A stretch of DNA of 64,000 nucleotides from the IMG/VR virus record IMGVR_UViG_3300045988_081423. One strand, given 5' to 3'. The stretch comes from a virus. Both the position numbers and the translations under genes were made by a program. Position 1 is the first letter of the stretch. Every line of letters starts with the position of its first letter. This document shows, piece after piece, positions 7,854 through 18,177 of this stretch. The notes under the pieces were generated by a model that was given only the letters and a program-made list of their open reading frames with translations, was not told the origin of the DNA and made no database searches.

Positions 7854-9029
7854 ATGGAAGATAGTCTACTTAAATGTAAAGACGAAACCGATAAGGAATA
7901 TGGTTTGCGTTTAGCTATGAATAAAGACATCTATGGTATTAGCTGGACTAAGATTTGTGACCTTATGTTTGAAGCAACTGGCGTAAGAAAAGACGAAAGT
8001 GCTTATCGTAAATATTATATGGCGTTCCTTGATGGAGTTGATTATCAAAAGAATAAAGACCCGTCTGAACAAATGGACGAGTTAATGAATAAAGAGCTAG
8101 ATATTAAATTGAAAACTGTCAAAATGCGTGATTATAGAGCGGCTCTCAACCGTGATGTTAATAAGATTGCTCGTTTTGATATGCTTAAACAAGATATTTC
8201 AGACTATGTTATTAAAAACCATTTGGAGTTTAATGATAATAAAAGTAACTTTTCATCAACCGAGAAGAGCGCTATTTTATGCCTATCTGATTTCCATTAT
8301 GGTATGGTAACTGATAATTATCTTAATAAATATAATCCTGAAATCTTCCATAAGCGCATGACCAAACTTTTTGACGCAGTTGTTAAGAAGATTTATTCTG
8401 AAAAGATTGGTACTCTGTACGTTATTAATTTAAACGATGCTATTTCTGGATATATTCATAATACTGTTCGGATTGAGAATCGTAAAAATGTTATTGAACA
8501 GGTAATGGAAGTTTCTAATGCTTTGGCAGAGTTTCTAAATGGGCTTTCTCAACATTGCAATATTGAATACTATTCTGTTATTGATAATCATTCTCGTTGT
8601 ATGGCTAATAAATATGATAGCTTGCAAAATGAAAATTTTTCTCTTCTTGTTGACTGGTATTTGAAAGCAGCTCTACGTTATGTCCATAATATTCATATTA
8701 ATGATAATGAACTTGATAATGATATTCTAACGTTCAGTATTTATAACTGGAATTATTTAGGTTCCCATGGAGATAAAGATAGCATTCATGATATAGTTCA
8801 GAATATGACACTTCTAACCCATAAGTTCTATGATGCAATGTTTATCGCACATAAACACCATGTAGAGTCTAAAGAAGTTGATGGAACTATGGTTTTTATG
8901 AATGGTTCTCTTTGTGGTACAGATAATTATGCTAAATCTTTGCGTATTACTTCTCACCCTTCCCAGACTATGTATATTGTCACTCCTGATAATCCTTATG
9001 AATCTATAAATATTATCCGTTTGGACTAA
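7854..9029 (+). CDS. calcineurin-like metallophosphoesterase (Mre11/SbcD-like motif order) with an N-terminal helical domain
   Basis: GAAAGGAG then ATG 7854. Motifs: LSDFHYG, NLNDAISG, IDNHSR, GSHGDKD, AHKHH. Confidence 0.55.
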   Translation: MEDSLLKCKDETDKEYGLRLAMNKDIYGISWTKICDLMFEATGVRKDESAYRKYYMAFLDGVDYQKNKDPSEQMDELMNKELDIKLKTVKMRDYRAALNRDVNKIARFDMLKQDISDYVIKNHLEFNDNKSNFSSTEKSAILCLSDFHYGMVTDNYLNKYNPEIFHKRMTKLFDAVVKKIYSEKIGTLYVINLNDAISGYIHNTVRIENRKNVIEQVMEVSNALAEFLNGLSQHCNIEYYSVIDNHSRCMANKYDSLQNENFSLLVDWYLKAALRYVHNIHINDNELDNDILTFSIYNWNYLGSHGDKDSIHDIVQNMTLLTHKFYDAMFIAHKHHVESKEVDGTMVFMNGSLCGTDNYAKSLRITSHPSQTMYIVTPDNPYESINIIRLD

Positions 9030-9041
9030 GGTGGTGGTTAC

Positions 9042-10097
9042 ATGGCTATTGCTAAAAAAGGAAAACAAATCGGAGAAGAGACGAAAAAGAAACTGATTTG
9101 CATTAGTTGTGGCTGTGGAGTTCAAAATAATTTCAATGCCACAAAAGATGAATATCATAAGTTCTTTAATAAGATACCATATTGTAAGGATTGTGTCAAG
9201 TCTATTTATAAAGGATACTTGGTAAAATACAACGGCAATACAAACCTCGCTATTTATTTTACTTGTAGGAAAATTGATATTCCGTACATTCATCAAGCGT
9301 ATTTGGCGGCTATGAAAGAATCTCAGAATGAAAACTCTGTGTTAAATGGAGAAGAAAACCTATTGCCAATTTATCTAAAGAATCTTGCATTCGCAGATAA
9401 AAATGGTTGGGGTTCGAGCTTTGACGATTCTCAAGGCGAAAATAATATCGAAGGTCTTAGTAACTATGATGTTTATACAAAGATTAAACGTCCCAAGAAA
9501 GTTACTGGCGAGCTTGACGATGACGATAATTATGAAGATATTGAATTTAGTACAGCATATTTGCAAAGTGTATGGGGAAGGTTTGATAATGATGACCTAG
9601 CATATCTTCAAAATGAATATATGGATTGGGAATCTAAACTGGGTCAAATTGATACTAAAGATATTGATGTTATTGTAAAGCAAATCTGTCATACGACTCT
9701 TCAAATTAATAAAGCTCGTGAAAATGGGCAAGATGTTACAAAAATGATAAACTCTCTAACATCACTTATGAATAATGGCGGCTTGCTTGAAAAGCAGAAC
9801 AAGGCTGTTCAAAATTCTAAGGTTGTTGGTCAGCGCATTGAGGATATTGAGACCTTTAGACCTGTTAAGAAGGTTGACCCTGAATTAGCTGATGTTGATA
9901 GCAACCAAATGCTATTCGATGCGTTTGTTGGTTGTACAGCAAGAGCTTTGGGTAAGAATAATAAATATGTTGAAAGATTTGAAAAAGAGTTTGAACCTTA
10001 TAGTATTGATATAATTGAAAACGGTAAGGCTCAACTTCTTGGAACGGAGGGTGATGAAGAATGTCAGAATCAGACAAAATCGTCATCCGAAGATTGA
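9042..10097 (+). CDS. Zn-ribbon protein, possible small terminase / DNA-recognition subunit
   Basis: CISCGC..(27 aa)..CKDC near the N-terminus. The call is positional (immediately upstream of and overlapping terL) and tentative. Confidence 0.3.
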   Translation: MAIAKKGKQIGEETKKKLICISCGCGVQNNFNATKDEYHKFFNKIPYCKDCVKSIYKGYLVKYNGNTNLAIYFTCRKIDIPYIHQAYLAAMKESQNENSVLNGEENLLPIYLKNLAFADKNGWGSSFDDSQGENNIEGLSNYDVYTKIKRPKKVTGELDDDDNYEDIEFSTAYLQSVWGRFDNDDLAYLQNEYMDWESKLGQIDTKDIDVIVKQICHTTLQINKARENGQDVTKMINSLTSLMNNGGLLEKQNKAVQNSKVVGQRIEDIETFRPVKKVDPELADVDSNQMLFDAFVGCTARALGKNNKYVERFEKEFEPYSIDIIENGKAQLLGTEGDEECQNQTKSSSED

Positions 10098-11304
10098 AAA
10101 AGAAACGTGTTACGCTCCAAGAACAATACAATGAAAACTTTGAAGCATGGGTGGGATATTGGAGGGCAAACCCTCAAAGATTTATAACTGAATACCTAGG
10201 CTTACCACTGTATGATTTCCAAAAGGTTTTAATTTGGGAAATGAATAATACTGCGAACTATATATTTATAGGTAGTCGCGGAATTGCGAAGTCTTCTCTT
10301 ACGCTAGACTTTTGTTGTCAAATGGCAATTCTTTATCCCGGTCTCAAAATCCTTGTAGTTTGTCCTGTTAAATCCCAAAGTAAACAATTTGTCAAAAAGA
10401 TTTATGAATATATGCGTATGAGCAAAAATCTTGAGCAAGAAATCAAGATTGATGAAATAAAAATTGGTGTTAATGAATGCCAAATCCCATTCAAAAATGG
10501 TTCTACAATTTTTACTGCAACTTACGGTGAAAATGCTTTGGGCATTCGCGCCCACATACTAATCGTTGACGAATTTGTTCGTACAGAAAAAGAAGTTATC
10601 ACTCGTGTCTTTGACCCAATGCTTTCAGACTCAAGAAAACCAAGATATCTCGATTTAACTCCTGCGCAAAGAGCAGAAGAATATAAACATGAAGAGTTAA
10701 GAAAGGTTTATCTATCTTCTATCAGACGAGCAGATGAATGGTCTTATAAAACTTTTGAAGACTATGTTGATTGGATGACGGATGGGAACAGAGATTACTG
10801 TGCGACTGTCATTAGTTATGTATTGGGCGTAAAGAATGGATTTATTAGTAAAAAGAAAGTAGAAGATACTTTTAAATCCAATCTTGAAAATATGAATATT
10901 TTACAGGCTGAATACAATGGTATCCCTGAACGTGGTACTGGTAACTCTTATTTTACATATAAAATGATGGATAGAGTCAGAACTAACTCTAAAGCATTCT
11001 GCTGTATGTCTGATGAAGAATATATTCAGTATAAAGATTGTAGAGAAAAGTATCCATACTATCAAGAAAAACTACCTAATGAAATTAGGTTACTATGTAT
11101 GGACGTTGCTGTTATTGAATCTAGCAAGAACGACAATACTGCATTTTTTATTATTAGGTTAATTCCTGATAGTGGAAGATATACAATTATTGTGCCATAC
11201 GCAGATAGTATGCACGGTCTAAACTCAATTGCTCAAACTAAGAGAATGAAACAATTATTTTATGAGTTTGAATGCGATTACATGATACTTGATACACAAG
11301 GCGT
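10061..11304 (+). CDS. terL: terminase large subunit, exon 1
   Basis: Walker A GSRGIAKS, Walker B ILIVDEF, nuclease Asp in LLCMDVAVIES. The frame runs into an intron after ...ILDTQG + GT. Confidence 0.8.
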
Positions 11305-11564
11305 GAAATGCTTGCGCCAATTATATAGTAATATATAATTAAGTATTGCGGAAAAAACTGGAAGGCTGAAACGCTAATCAGAGTGGAAGTTATATAATAA
11401 TATATATAACACACGCAACGCATAGAGATTGAAACTATTTATAGAATATAACATCTCCAAGAGTCCGCAACTCCTATTTAAATTTAGGATGAAAAGATAT
11501 GCTGAACTAATACGAATGGTAAGTGTTAGAATTTAGAGATAAAAAGCTCTAAAGATAACAAATG
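11305..11564 (+). ncRNA. group I intron (ORF-less, 260 nt) in terL
   Basis: The exon end GGCGU can pair with the intron sequence GCGCC (P1 helix with a U-G wobble at the splice site and a 9-nt loop). The intron ends in G (11564). Joining restores the frame and gives ...DTQGVGISIFDYAT... Confidence 0.75.
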
Positions 11565-12096
11565 AGGTATTTCTATTTTTGACTACGCTACCACGGAAAC
11601 CTATGATGAAAACCGTGGCGTTACTTACCCTGCATGGACGGTAGTTAACCCAGAAGATATTAAGATGGTTAACCGTACAATTGATAGAAATGCAGTCCCC
11701 GTAATTTATTCTGTTAAAACTCCAATCCAGTTGAAGTCTGCTATGTTCAGTAATATGCGTGATTTGATTACTGATGGACGAGTTAATTTACTTGTTGATA
11801 GTCAAGAGGGTCTTGATTATATGATAAAAAACTATCAGTATTATAAGATTGAAGATGAGGATTTAAAGAAACGTCTTATGAATCCTTATGTACAAACTAA
11901 TCGGCTTGTTGATGAGGCAATTAGTTTGGAACAGGTGGTTACTCAGGGCTATATTAACCTAAAGGAAAAAGCTGGGAATCGTAAAGACCGTGTTATGTCT
12001 TTGGCTTATGGTCTTTGGTATGCCAAGTTATTAGAAGACCAATACATTAATAAACAAGAAACCAACAGTTTATTAGACTGGACATTCTTTGGTTAA
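11565..12096 (+). CDS. terL: terminase large subunit, exon 2
   Basis: The frame is open from 11566 with no start codon or RBS. It continues the nuclease domain. The spliced product is 591 aa. Confidence 0.75.
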
Positions 12097-12114
12097 ACTA
12101 TAATAGAAAGGTAG

Positions 12115-13797
12115 GTGAGATGTTTGCCAAGAAAAAAGAAAGTTGAACAAGAAACATTATCTGAAAAACAAGTTAATGATGTTCTAAATGCGTATGATTA
12201 TTTTATGAATTTCTCTGATTCTTATAATCGTAGCTATTATAGTGGCGGCGCTGATTATAATACGCCAGATACTATTAATAGAAGGCTAAAAGACATTAAC
12301 TTAACACAAGTTGATACTACCGTAGCGGATATTGAAAAGGCTTTAAAGAACGCGAAGGATTCAGAGGAAATTCTTTCTAATTATGCACAGACGCTTGAGA
12401 TTACAAATATGTCCTTTAAGCGTCTAACGCAATATTTGCCAAATCTGGCGGCATTTAACTTAACTTTTGACCCAATCAATGTCACAAAAGAATCTGAGCT
12501 AAAATCTAAAGAATTTAAGAAAGATTTAGCTAAAGTAGATGAGTTTTGTAACAAGTTCGATTATCGCACAGAATTTGCGACTGCTATGCGTCAGTGTTTT
12601 AGACAAGGTGCAATGTTTAGTGTTCTCCGTGATGAAGGAGACAAATATACTCTTCAAGAGCTTCCAAAACAATTTTGCAAGATTACTGGGCGTTTTGACT
12701 ATGGTTATTTGTACGACTTTGATATGACATGGTTTCTAAATATGGATGGTGTAGATATTGATATGTACCCCACTATCTTCAAACGTATGCTAAATCGGAT
12801 TCAAAAAAGCCATAACAAACCTTATGACCCTGCAAGGCGTTTGCAATCAAGAAATACTGGTTTTAATTATTGGCAACAGACTTCTCCTGAAAATGGGTTT
12901 TGGTGTTTTAAGCTCGACCCAGAACTAGCAACTATTTTACCTTATTATTCTGGTATTCTTGGTAATGCTAGTTTCCAGCCTGTTGTTAGAGGTCTACAAC
13001 AGGATAAATACTTTATTGATGCTTCCAAGATTCTAGTTGGTATCCTTGGATTCAATAAAGAACAGAAGAGTGGTCAGGTTGCCAACTCTATCAATATGAC
13101 ACCTGAGATGATTGGTAAATTCTTAGGCGTTGCTCGTAAAGGGCTGAATAGCCAGATTGGCCTAGCTGTGCTGCCCACTGACGATGTTAAAGCTGTAGAT
13201 TTTAGTATTTCAAATACCAATTCCGATGTTGACTATGCAAGCTCTGTTGTTAAGCAGAGTGTTGCGTCTAGTGAAGCACTGTTTGGAACTGAGAAGCTAA
13301 ATAGTCACCAGTCTAAACTTGCGTCTGCTATTGATAATAATGTCATTGAAGCCCTGTATCCTGCTTTTGCTAATTTCATGGAGTTTTTCATTAACCAGCG
13401 AACCGAGAAATATAAATTCAAGATTCGTTTCCATGATGAAAATGTTCCAGACCAAAAAGCAGAACGAAAGGCACTATTCAATGATTTTTCTAAAATTGGA
13501 TTTGTAGATATGCAGCTTGCTGCAAGATGTAATGATATGAACGTCTTTGAGTATGCAAGACATCTACAAATTTCTAAGAGTTGTTTTGATGTTAAGGGAA
13601 TGGTTATTCCTCTAAATCAATATCTAACTCCCCCTGTTCAAACTAGAACTGGCACTAGCACAACAACAAAGCCACCAGAGAATCCTCTTACTAAAGGTAG
13701 CGTTGGTAGACCACCAAAACCGGAGAGTGATTCTGAGTCTACGGAAGCAAGTTGGGCTAGGGGTTCTAATGAACTCAAACAAGAATTTAACGAATAA
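12115..13797 (+). CDS. portal protein (putative)
   Basis: 560 aa, directly after terL. The start is uncertain (GTG 12115 or TTG 12124). The call is based on position and size. Confidence 0.55.
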   Translation: MRCLPRKKKVEQETLSEKQVNDVLNAYDYFMNFSDSYNRSYYSGGADYNTPDTINRRLKDINLTQVDTTVADIEKALKNAKDSEEILSNYAQTLEITNMSFKRLTQYLPNLAAFNLTFDPINVTKESELKSKEFKKDLAKVDEFCNKFDYRTEFATAMRQCFRQGAMFSVLRDEGDKYTLQELPKQFCKITGRFDYGYLYDFDMTWFLNMDGVDIDMYPTIFKRMLNRIQKSHNKPYDPARRLQSRNTGFNYWQQTSPENGFWCFKLDPELATILPYYSGILGNASFQPVVRGLQQDKYFIDASKILVGILGFNKEQKSGQVANSINMTPEMIGKFLGVARKGLNSQIGLAVLPTDDVKAVDFSISNTNSDVDYASSVVKQSVASSEALFGTEKLNSHQSKLASAIDNNVIEALYPAFANFMEFFINQRTEKYKFKIRFHDENVPDQKAERKALFNDFSKIGFVDMQLAARCNDMNVFEYARHLQISKSCFDVKGMVIPLNQYLTPPVQTRTGTSTTTKPPENPLTKGSVGRPPKPESDSESTEASWARGSNELKQEFNE

Positions 13798-13811
13798 CCG
13801 AGGTGATATAA

Positions 13812-14072
13812 TTGGCACTATCTAAAGAAGTAATTAAGGCTCTAAATAGCTCTAATGGTCTAACTCAGTCTCTAAATGTAGGTCAAGCTATTTCTGACGC
13901 TATTGATGAATGTGGCGGTTCTACTACCAATGTGCAGAACGTCACTAATGTAATTGATGCGCCTAAGATTGCGCACCACGATAAGCTAGATGGTAATGTT
14001 ACAATTGCTACTCTAAAGAGCGCTTACAATTCTCTGGTGGACGACCTGATTAAGGCTGGCCTAATGGAGTAA
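13812..14072 (+). CDS. hypothetical small virion-module protein
   Basis: GAGGTGA RBS with a TTG start. 86 aa ending LVDDLIKAGLME. Confidence 0.5.
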   Translation: MALSKEVIKALNSSNGLTQSLNVGQAISDAIDECGGSTTNVQNVTNVIDAPKIAHHDKLDGNVTIATLKSAYNSLVDDLIKAGLME

Positions 14073-14092
14073 TAATATATGTTAAATTTTAA

Positions 14093-15745
14093 TTGAATGG
14101 GGGTGACATGAGATTGGAGAATAAAAGTTTATATTTCACATTTGGTATTGACGACGTAAATGTTATTGAAGATGATGATAGGTTTGCTATCACTAAGATT
14201 CGTGCATTTGCAGAAAAAGAGAATAGTCATACTCAGCCAATTTCTTTTGATTCTCTTAAAATGACTGCTAATACTATTTATAATGTTCCTGTTGTGGTTG
14301 AGTTCACTGATTGGAATGATGATGGTATTGGCACTCACTCTAAGGCAGAAATCCCGGTTGGGTTTGTTTACTCTGAAAACAACCCTGTCACCTTTGAATA
14401 TGATGAAGAGCGAGACAAGAATTTCTTGACTATTAAAGCTCTTATTTGGAAAAACTATTCTAAAAATATTGTTGATATTATTCATAGTTCCAATGACAGA
14501 AAGAAAGTATCTGTTGAAATGACTACTACTGATTATCAAGATAATGGCCCATTTGATAAACCAGATGTTTATAGCTGGAAATATCAAGCTATTACTATTT
14601 TGTCAGACCAAGTTGCAGAGGCTTGTAAAGGAAGTAATGTTCAGCTTATGAAATTCTCTGAGGATAAAGAAAATTATATTAAAGAAAACTTTGCTGACAA
14701 AATTTCTATTGATAATTCTAAAGAAGCAGCTACAAGTGGCGAGTGGTCTAATCCCGGTCAGAAGCTATTCAAACCAATTACAGAAGCGTCTAACGCAAAG
14801 TCTTTGCTAAAAGAAGCGTATTTAATTGGTGATTTCTCCGACAATGAGTACGAAATTACGAAATTCAAGTATCCACATCACATTGTTCGTGATGGTAAAC
14901 TTATTGTTCATAAAGATGGCTTGCAGTCCGCATTTTCTAGGGCTGCACAGCAGGGAATTGTTAAAGGAGACGTGAAGTCCCACTTGCTGAAACACTATCA
15001 TGAGCTTGGTTTGGATACACAAAATTTTGCAGAATTTGGTTTCTCGCAAGATGAGTTCAATCAGTATTTTGCAGAAGATTATAAACAGGACGAGGGTGAA
15101 AACGTGGAAGAAGAGAAGAAAGTAACAGAAGCCGAAGTTACTGAAACCAAGAAGGAAGAGGAAACTAAGGTGGAGGAAGCGGAAGCAGCCAAAGAAAAGA
15201 CCGAGGAAAAGGTTGAAGAGGCTTGCGAAACCGAAATGGGTCGTGACAAGAAAATGGCTGACGATGAAGACGATAAAGATGATGATTCCGATGAGCGTCA
15301 TGATGAGTCTGACAAGGACGATGAGTCTGATAAGGAAAATATGTCTCTTGAAGAAGCTATGTCTGAAATTTCTAATCTGACTACTGAAAATGAAAAGCTA
15401 AAAAAGGATAATGAAGCATATATGGCTAAATTTGAAGCCATGTCTGATTATGATGAACTAAAGGCTTTTAAGTTTGCAGCAGAAGAAAAAGAAAAGCAAG
15501 AAGCTAATATGGTTAAAATGTGTGAAGTCCTAGACGAAATCTCTGAAAAGGGCGTTGAAATGTCTGAGGATGAACGTAATGCTTATATCGCTAAATTTAG
15601 CGAATATGATAGTGTAGCCGCATGGAGTAACATGGTAAAAGCCGCAGAGTTTGACCGAGTTGGTGCTCCCTCTGGCAACATTCACAAGATTGGTCTACCT
15701 TATGGAGAGAAGAAGAAATCTACTGGTTCCATTTGGGATAATTAA
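14093..15745 (+). CDS. putative prohead protease/scaffold-like protein with an acidic low-complexity tract
   Basis: Lies between portal and capsid. The N-terminal domain contains GIGTHS and KVSVEM (possible His/Ser pair). Central EEEKK..DDEDDKDDDSDERHDESDKDDESDK tract and a C-terminal coiled coil. Confidence 0.4.
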   Translation: MNGGDMRLENKSLYFTFGIDDVNVIEDDDRFAITKIRAFAEKENSHTQPISFDSLKMTANTIYNVPVVVEFTDWNDDGIGTHSKAEIPVGFVYSENNPVTFEYDEERDKNFLTIKALIWKNYSKNIVDIIHSSNDRKKVSVEMTTTDYQDNGPFDKPDVYSWKYQAITILSDQVAEACKGSNVQLMKFSEDKENYIKENFADKISIDNSKEAATSGEWSNPGQKLFKPITEASNAKSLLKEAYLIGDFSDNEYEITKFKYPHHIVRDGKLIVHKDGLQSAFSRAAQQGIVKGDVKSHLLKHYHELGLDTQNFAEFGFSQDEFNQYFAEDYKQDEGENVEEEKKVTEAEVTETKKEEETKVEEAEAAKEKTEEKVEEACETEMGRDKKMADDEDDKDDDSDERHDESDKDDESDKENMSLEEAMSEISNLTTENEKLKKDNEAYMAKFEAMSDYDELKAFKFAAEEKEKQEANMVKMCEVLDEISEKGVEMSEDERNAYIAKFSEYDSVAAWSNMVKAAEFDRVGAPSGNIHKIGLPYGEKKKSTGSIWDN

Positions 15746-15775
15746 AAATTATTAATTTTAGGAGGAAATTTTACT

Positions 15776-16318
15776 ATGTATGATGTTCTAATTAAGAGCG
15801 GCTACGCGGCTCTAAATGTTGATAACTGGAACCGTACTGTCGTATGCGAAGAGGACGTACCCAACGGTGCAGTTTTTGCTCTAAGTGAGTATTCTACCGA
15901 TGCTGATAGCAAGATTGTTTGGAAGGCTGGCAAGCCTGCCGCAGAAGCAAAGAATCTATGGATGGCATCTAGCCCAGAAGTCGTTATTACTACTCTACCC
16001 GATGGCACTGAGCTAAAGGGTATTGACAATAATATCCGCGACTTCGTAAATATCAAGGGTCATCCTATTGATGCTTTCAAGCTAATTGAAGACGATGTTC
16101 TTACTATTGTTCCTAGCACAGCTAATGCAACTGCAATGGCTACTGCAAAGTTCCTAATTCCTGATACTACTAAGTTCGCCCTAAAGGCAAGCACTAAGAC
16201 TGCTCCTACTGCTGGTATGTATCTAAAGGCACTGGGTGCTACTACAGCTCACATTGGCGATGGCAACCTAGTCAAGAAGGCAGTTACCGCTTACAAGTTT
16301 GTTGTCTGCGTAGCTTGA
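15776..16318 (+). CDS. head decoration-like / abundant capsid-associated protein
   Basis: TAGGAGG RBS, 180 aa, immediately upstream of the major capsid gene. Strong codon bias (11 of 13 Leu codons are CTA). Confidence 0.45.
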   Translation: MYDVLIKSGYAALNVDNWNRTVVCEEDVPNGAVFALSEYSTDADSKIVWKAGKPAAEAKNLWMASSPEVVITTLPDGTELKGIDNNIRDFVNIKGHPIDAFKLIEDDVLTIVPSTANATAMATAKFLIPDTTKFALKASTKTAPTAGMYLKALGATTAHIGDGNLVKKAVTAYKFVVCVA

Positions 16319-16347
16319 TGATATTTTAAGAAAAGGAGAATAATACT

Positions 16348-17439
16348 ATGAATGAGAAGACTCTAGCTTTCTCCGGCGATATGACTGCCGAAGTAAAGAT
16401 TAAGGATTATTTTAATGACTATGCAAAGCAGCGTGGTCAGTATGATGGCTATGTTGATACCTCTATCTCTTTTGCAGAGAAGGAGAAGAAGATTAACGAC
16501 CTACTGATGGCAGAAGTTAAAAAGCTATCTGGTCTGGATTTTAACAATTCTTTTGCTTCCATTGAGATGATGGCTAAGAATCCCACTTTCCAGTGGGCTT
16601 ACATGGCTGTAGTTAATGCGGCTATTGACATGGTTCTACCTGACTTTGTAGACCGTACCACCAGTGTTTACACTGAAATGCGTAATGGTGCTATTGGTGA
16701 TAGCTTCAAGTTTGATGTTGAATCTAACGATTTGTTCGTTGTATCTAAAGCTGGTCGGAATCAGCGTAATACTGAGTTCCAGCGCGAAGATATTGGTCAG
16801 CGCTCTATCATTCCCTTCAATCACAATATCTCTGTTTCTTCCAATAAGTATAAGGCTCTGTGTGGTAAGGAATCCATCGCTCGTTTCCTGATGAAGGCAG
16901 TTCTATCTATGGAAGCAGAACTAACCAAGGAAATTGCTCTAGCATTTGCTACCGCCATGGATGATGTTAAGGATAATGGCGCAGAGGCTCTACACGTTGC
17001 TGGTCTAGCGGATAAGAGCGTTATTAAGCTAATTCAGACTGTCTCTGCTTATAACCGTGCCCCCGCTATTCTAATGGGTACTATGAGTGCTGTTCATGAC
17101 CTACTGCCTCAGTCTGCTAATCTGCGCATGATGGTTGATTCCGATTACGTTCGCGTTGGCTATATTTCCAACATTTATGGTACTGACGTAATGGTTATGC
17201 CTCAGTATGCCGATTATGCCGCTGCTGACCAGTACAAGCTGGCTCTACCTGATGATAAGATTTATGTCATCAGCCCCTCTGCCCAGAAGCCTGTTAAGCT
17301 GTGCCTAGAGGGTGCTACCACCTCTAACACTGTTGATAGCAATGCAGATGCAGACCTAACCACCAATACTACCATTAACAAGAGCTGGGGTATTGGTGTC
17401 ATCACCAATGCTATTGCTGGTGTCATCACTGTCGGCTAA
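16348..17439 (+). CDS. major capsid protein (putative)
   Basis: AAGGAGA RBS, 363 aa, extreme codon bias, followed by a strong terminator. The call is based on position. Confidence 0.65.
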   Translation: MNEKTLAFSGDMTAEVKIKDYFNDYAKQRGQYDGYVDTSISFAEKEKKINDLLMAEVKKLSGLDFNNSFASIEMMAKNPTFQWAYMAVVNAAIDMVLPDFVDRTTSVYTEMRNGAIGDSFKFDVESNDLFVVSKAGRNQRNTEFQREDIGQRSIIPFNHNISVSSNKYKALCGKESIARFLMKAVLSMEAELTKEIALAFATAMDDVKDNGAEALHVAGLADKSVIKLIQTVSAYNRAPAILMGTMSAVHDLLPQSANLRMMVDSDYVRVGYISNIYGTDVMVMPQYADYAAADQYKLALPDDKIYVISPSAQKPVKLCLEGATTSNTVDSNADADLTTNTTINKSWGIGVITNAIAGVITVG

Positions 17440-17462
17440 TTGCTTGTTAAATTTTGAATAAT

Positions 17463-17498
17463 TACCCTACTCTTTTGGGAGTAGGGTATATATTATTC
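17463..17498 (+). terminator. rho-independent terminator after the capsid gene
   Basis: TACCCTACTC / GAGTAGGGTA forms a perfect 10-bp stem with loop TTTTGG, followed by a T-rich tail. Confidence 0.7.
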
Positions 17499-17521
17499 AT
17501 AAGGATTGAAAGGGGTATGAA

Positions 17522-18151
17522 ATGGCAACCAACACAGAGAGAATTGAAAACCTTGAAAAAGGTATGTCAGAAATGCAGGGTACGCTTGGTGAGATTCTTG
17601 CTACACTACGCGGTTTTTCTACTTCCTCTGCTCAAAATGAATCTGTTACAGTTGTACACGAGGATAGCCCATCCGAAGAAGATTATACAGAACCAGAGGA
17701 CGGAAAGAGCATTCGTGTTCGCAGTCTGTTTAATGGGACTCTTAATCTTACTTATGGGGACAGACGCTTTGTTACTTTTAATAAGTACGGTGACGAAAAT
17801 CGTGTGCTATATCGTGACTTGATTCAAATTGTGAATATGAATCATAAGTTCGCAGAAGAAGGATACTTTGAAATTGAGGATGCAAGTGCTGTTTATTTTC
17901 TTGGTATGACTTATGCTTATAATAATATTATTAAGTATAAGGATATCGAAAATATTTGCAGTTATTCCGATGATAAAGTGAAAACTCTAATTGAGAACGC
18001 AAGTGATTATCAGAAAAGCCTAGTAGCAAATCGCGTTGCTCATCAAATTGTTGATGGCAAGAACGTAGACTACAATAAGGTCAATTTGATTAACAAGTTG
18101 TGTTCCGTAGATATTAGTAAGCGTGCAGAGTCTATTCGCTCACTTGCTTAA
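17522..18151 (+). CDS. hypothetical head-module protein
   Basis: 209 aa with an N-terminal coiled coil, ERIENLEKGMSEMQGTLGEIL. Confidence 0.5.
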   Translation: MATNTERIENLEKGMSEMQGTLGEILATLRGFSTSSAQNESVTVVHEDSPSEEDYTEPEDGKSIRVRSLFNGTLNLTYGDRRFVTFNKYGDENRVLYRDLIQIVNMNHKFAEEGYFEIEDASAVYFLGMTYAYNNIIKYKDIENICSYSDDKVKTLIENASDYQKSLVANRVAHQIVDGKNVDYNKVNLINKLCSVDISKRAESIRSLA

Positions 18152-18177
18152 ATTATTTTAAATAAGAAAGGCGGTGA

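Noticed and set aside
14129-15301. Minus-strand ORFs of 152 and 159 aa.
   Set aside because: They are antisense to the protease/scaffold-like gene, which includes an acidic repeat tract. They have no RBS and a hydrophobic junk composition.
17454-17822. A 122-aa plus-strand ORF overlapping 17522-18151.
   Set aside because: It starts inside the capsid terminator hairpin, lacks an RBS, and overlaps the better-supported frame.
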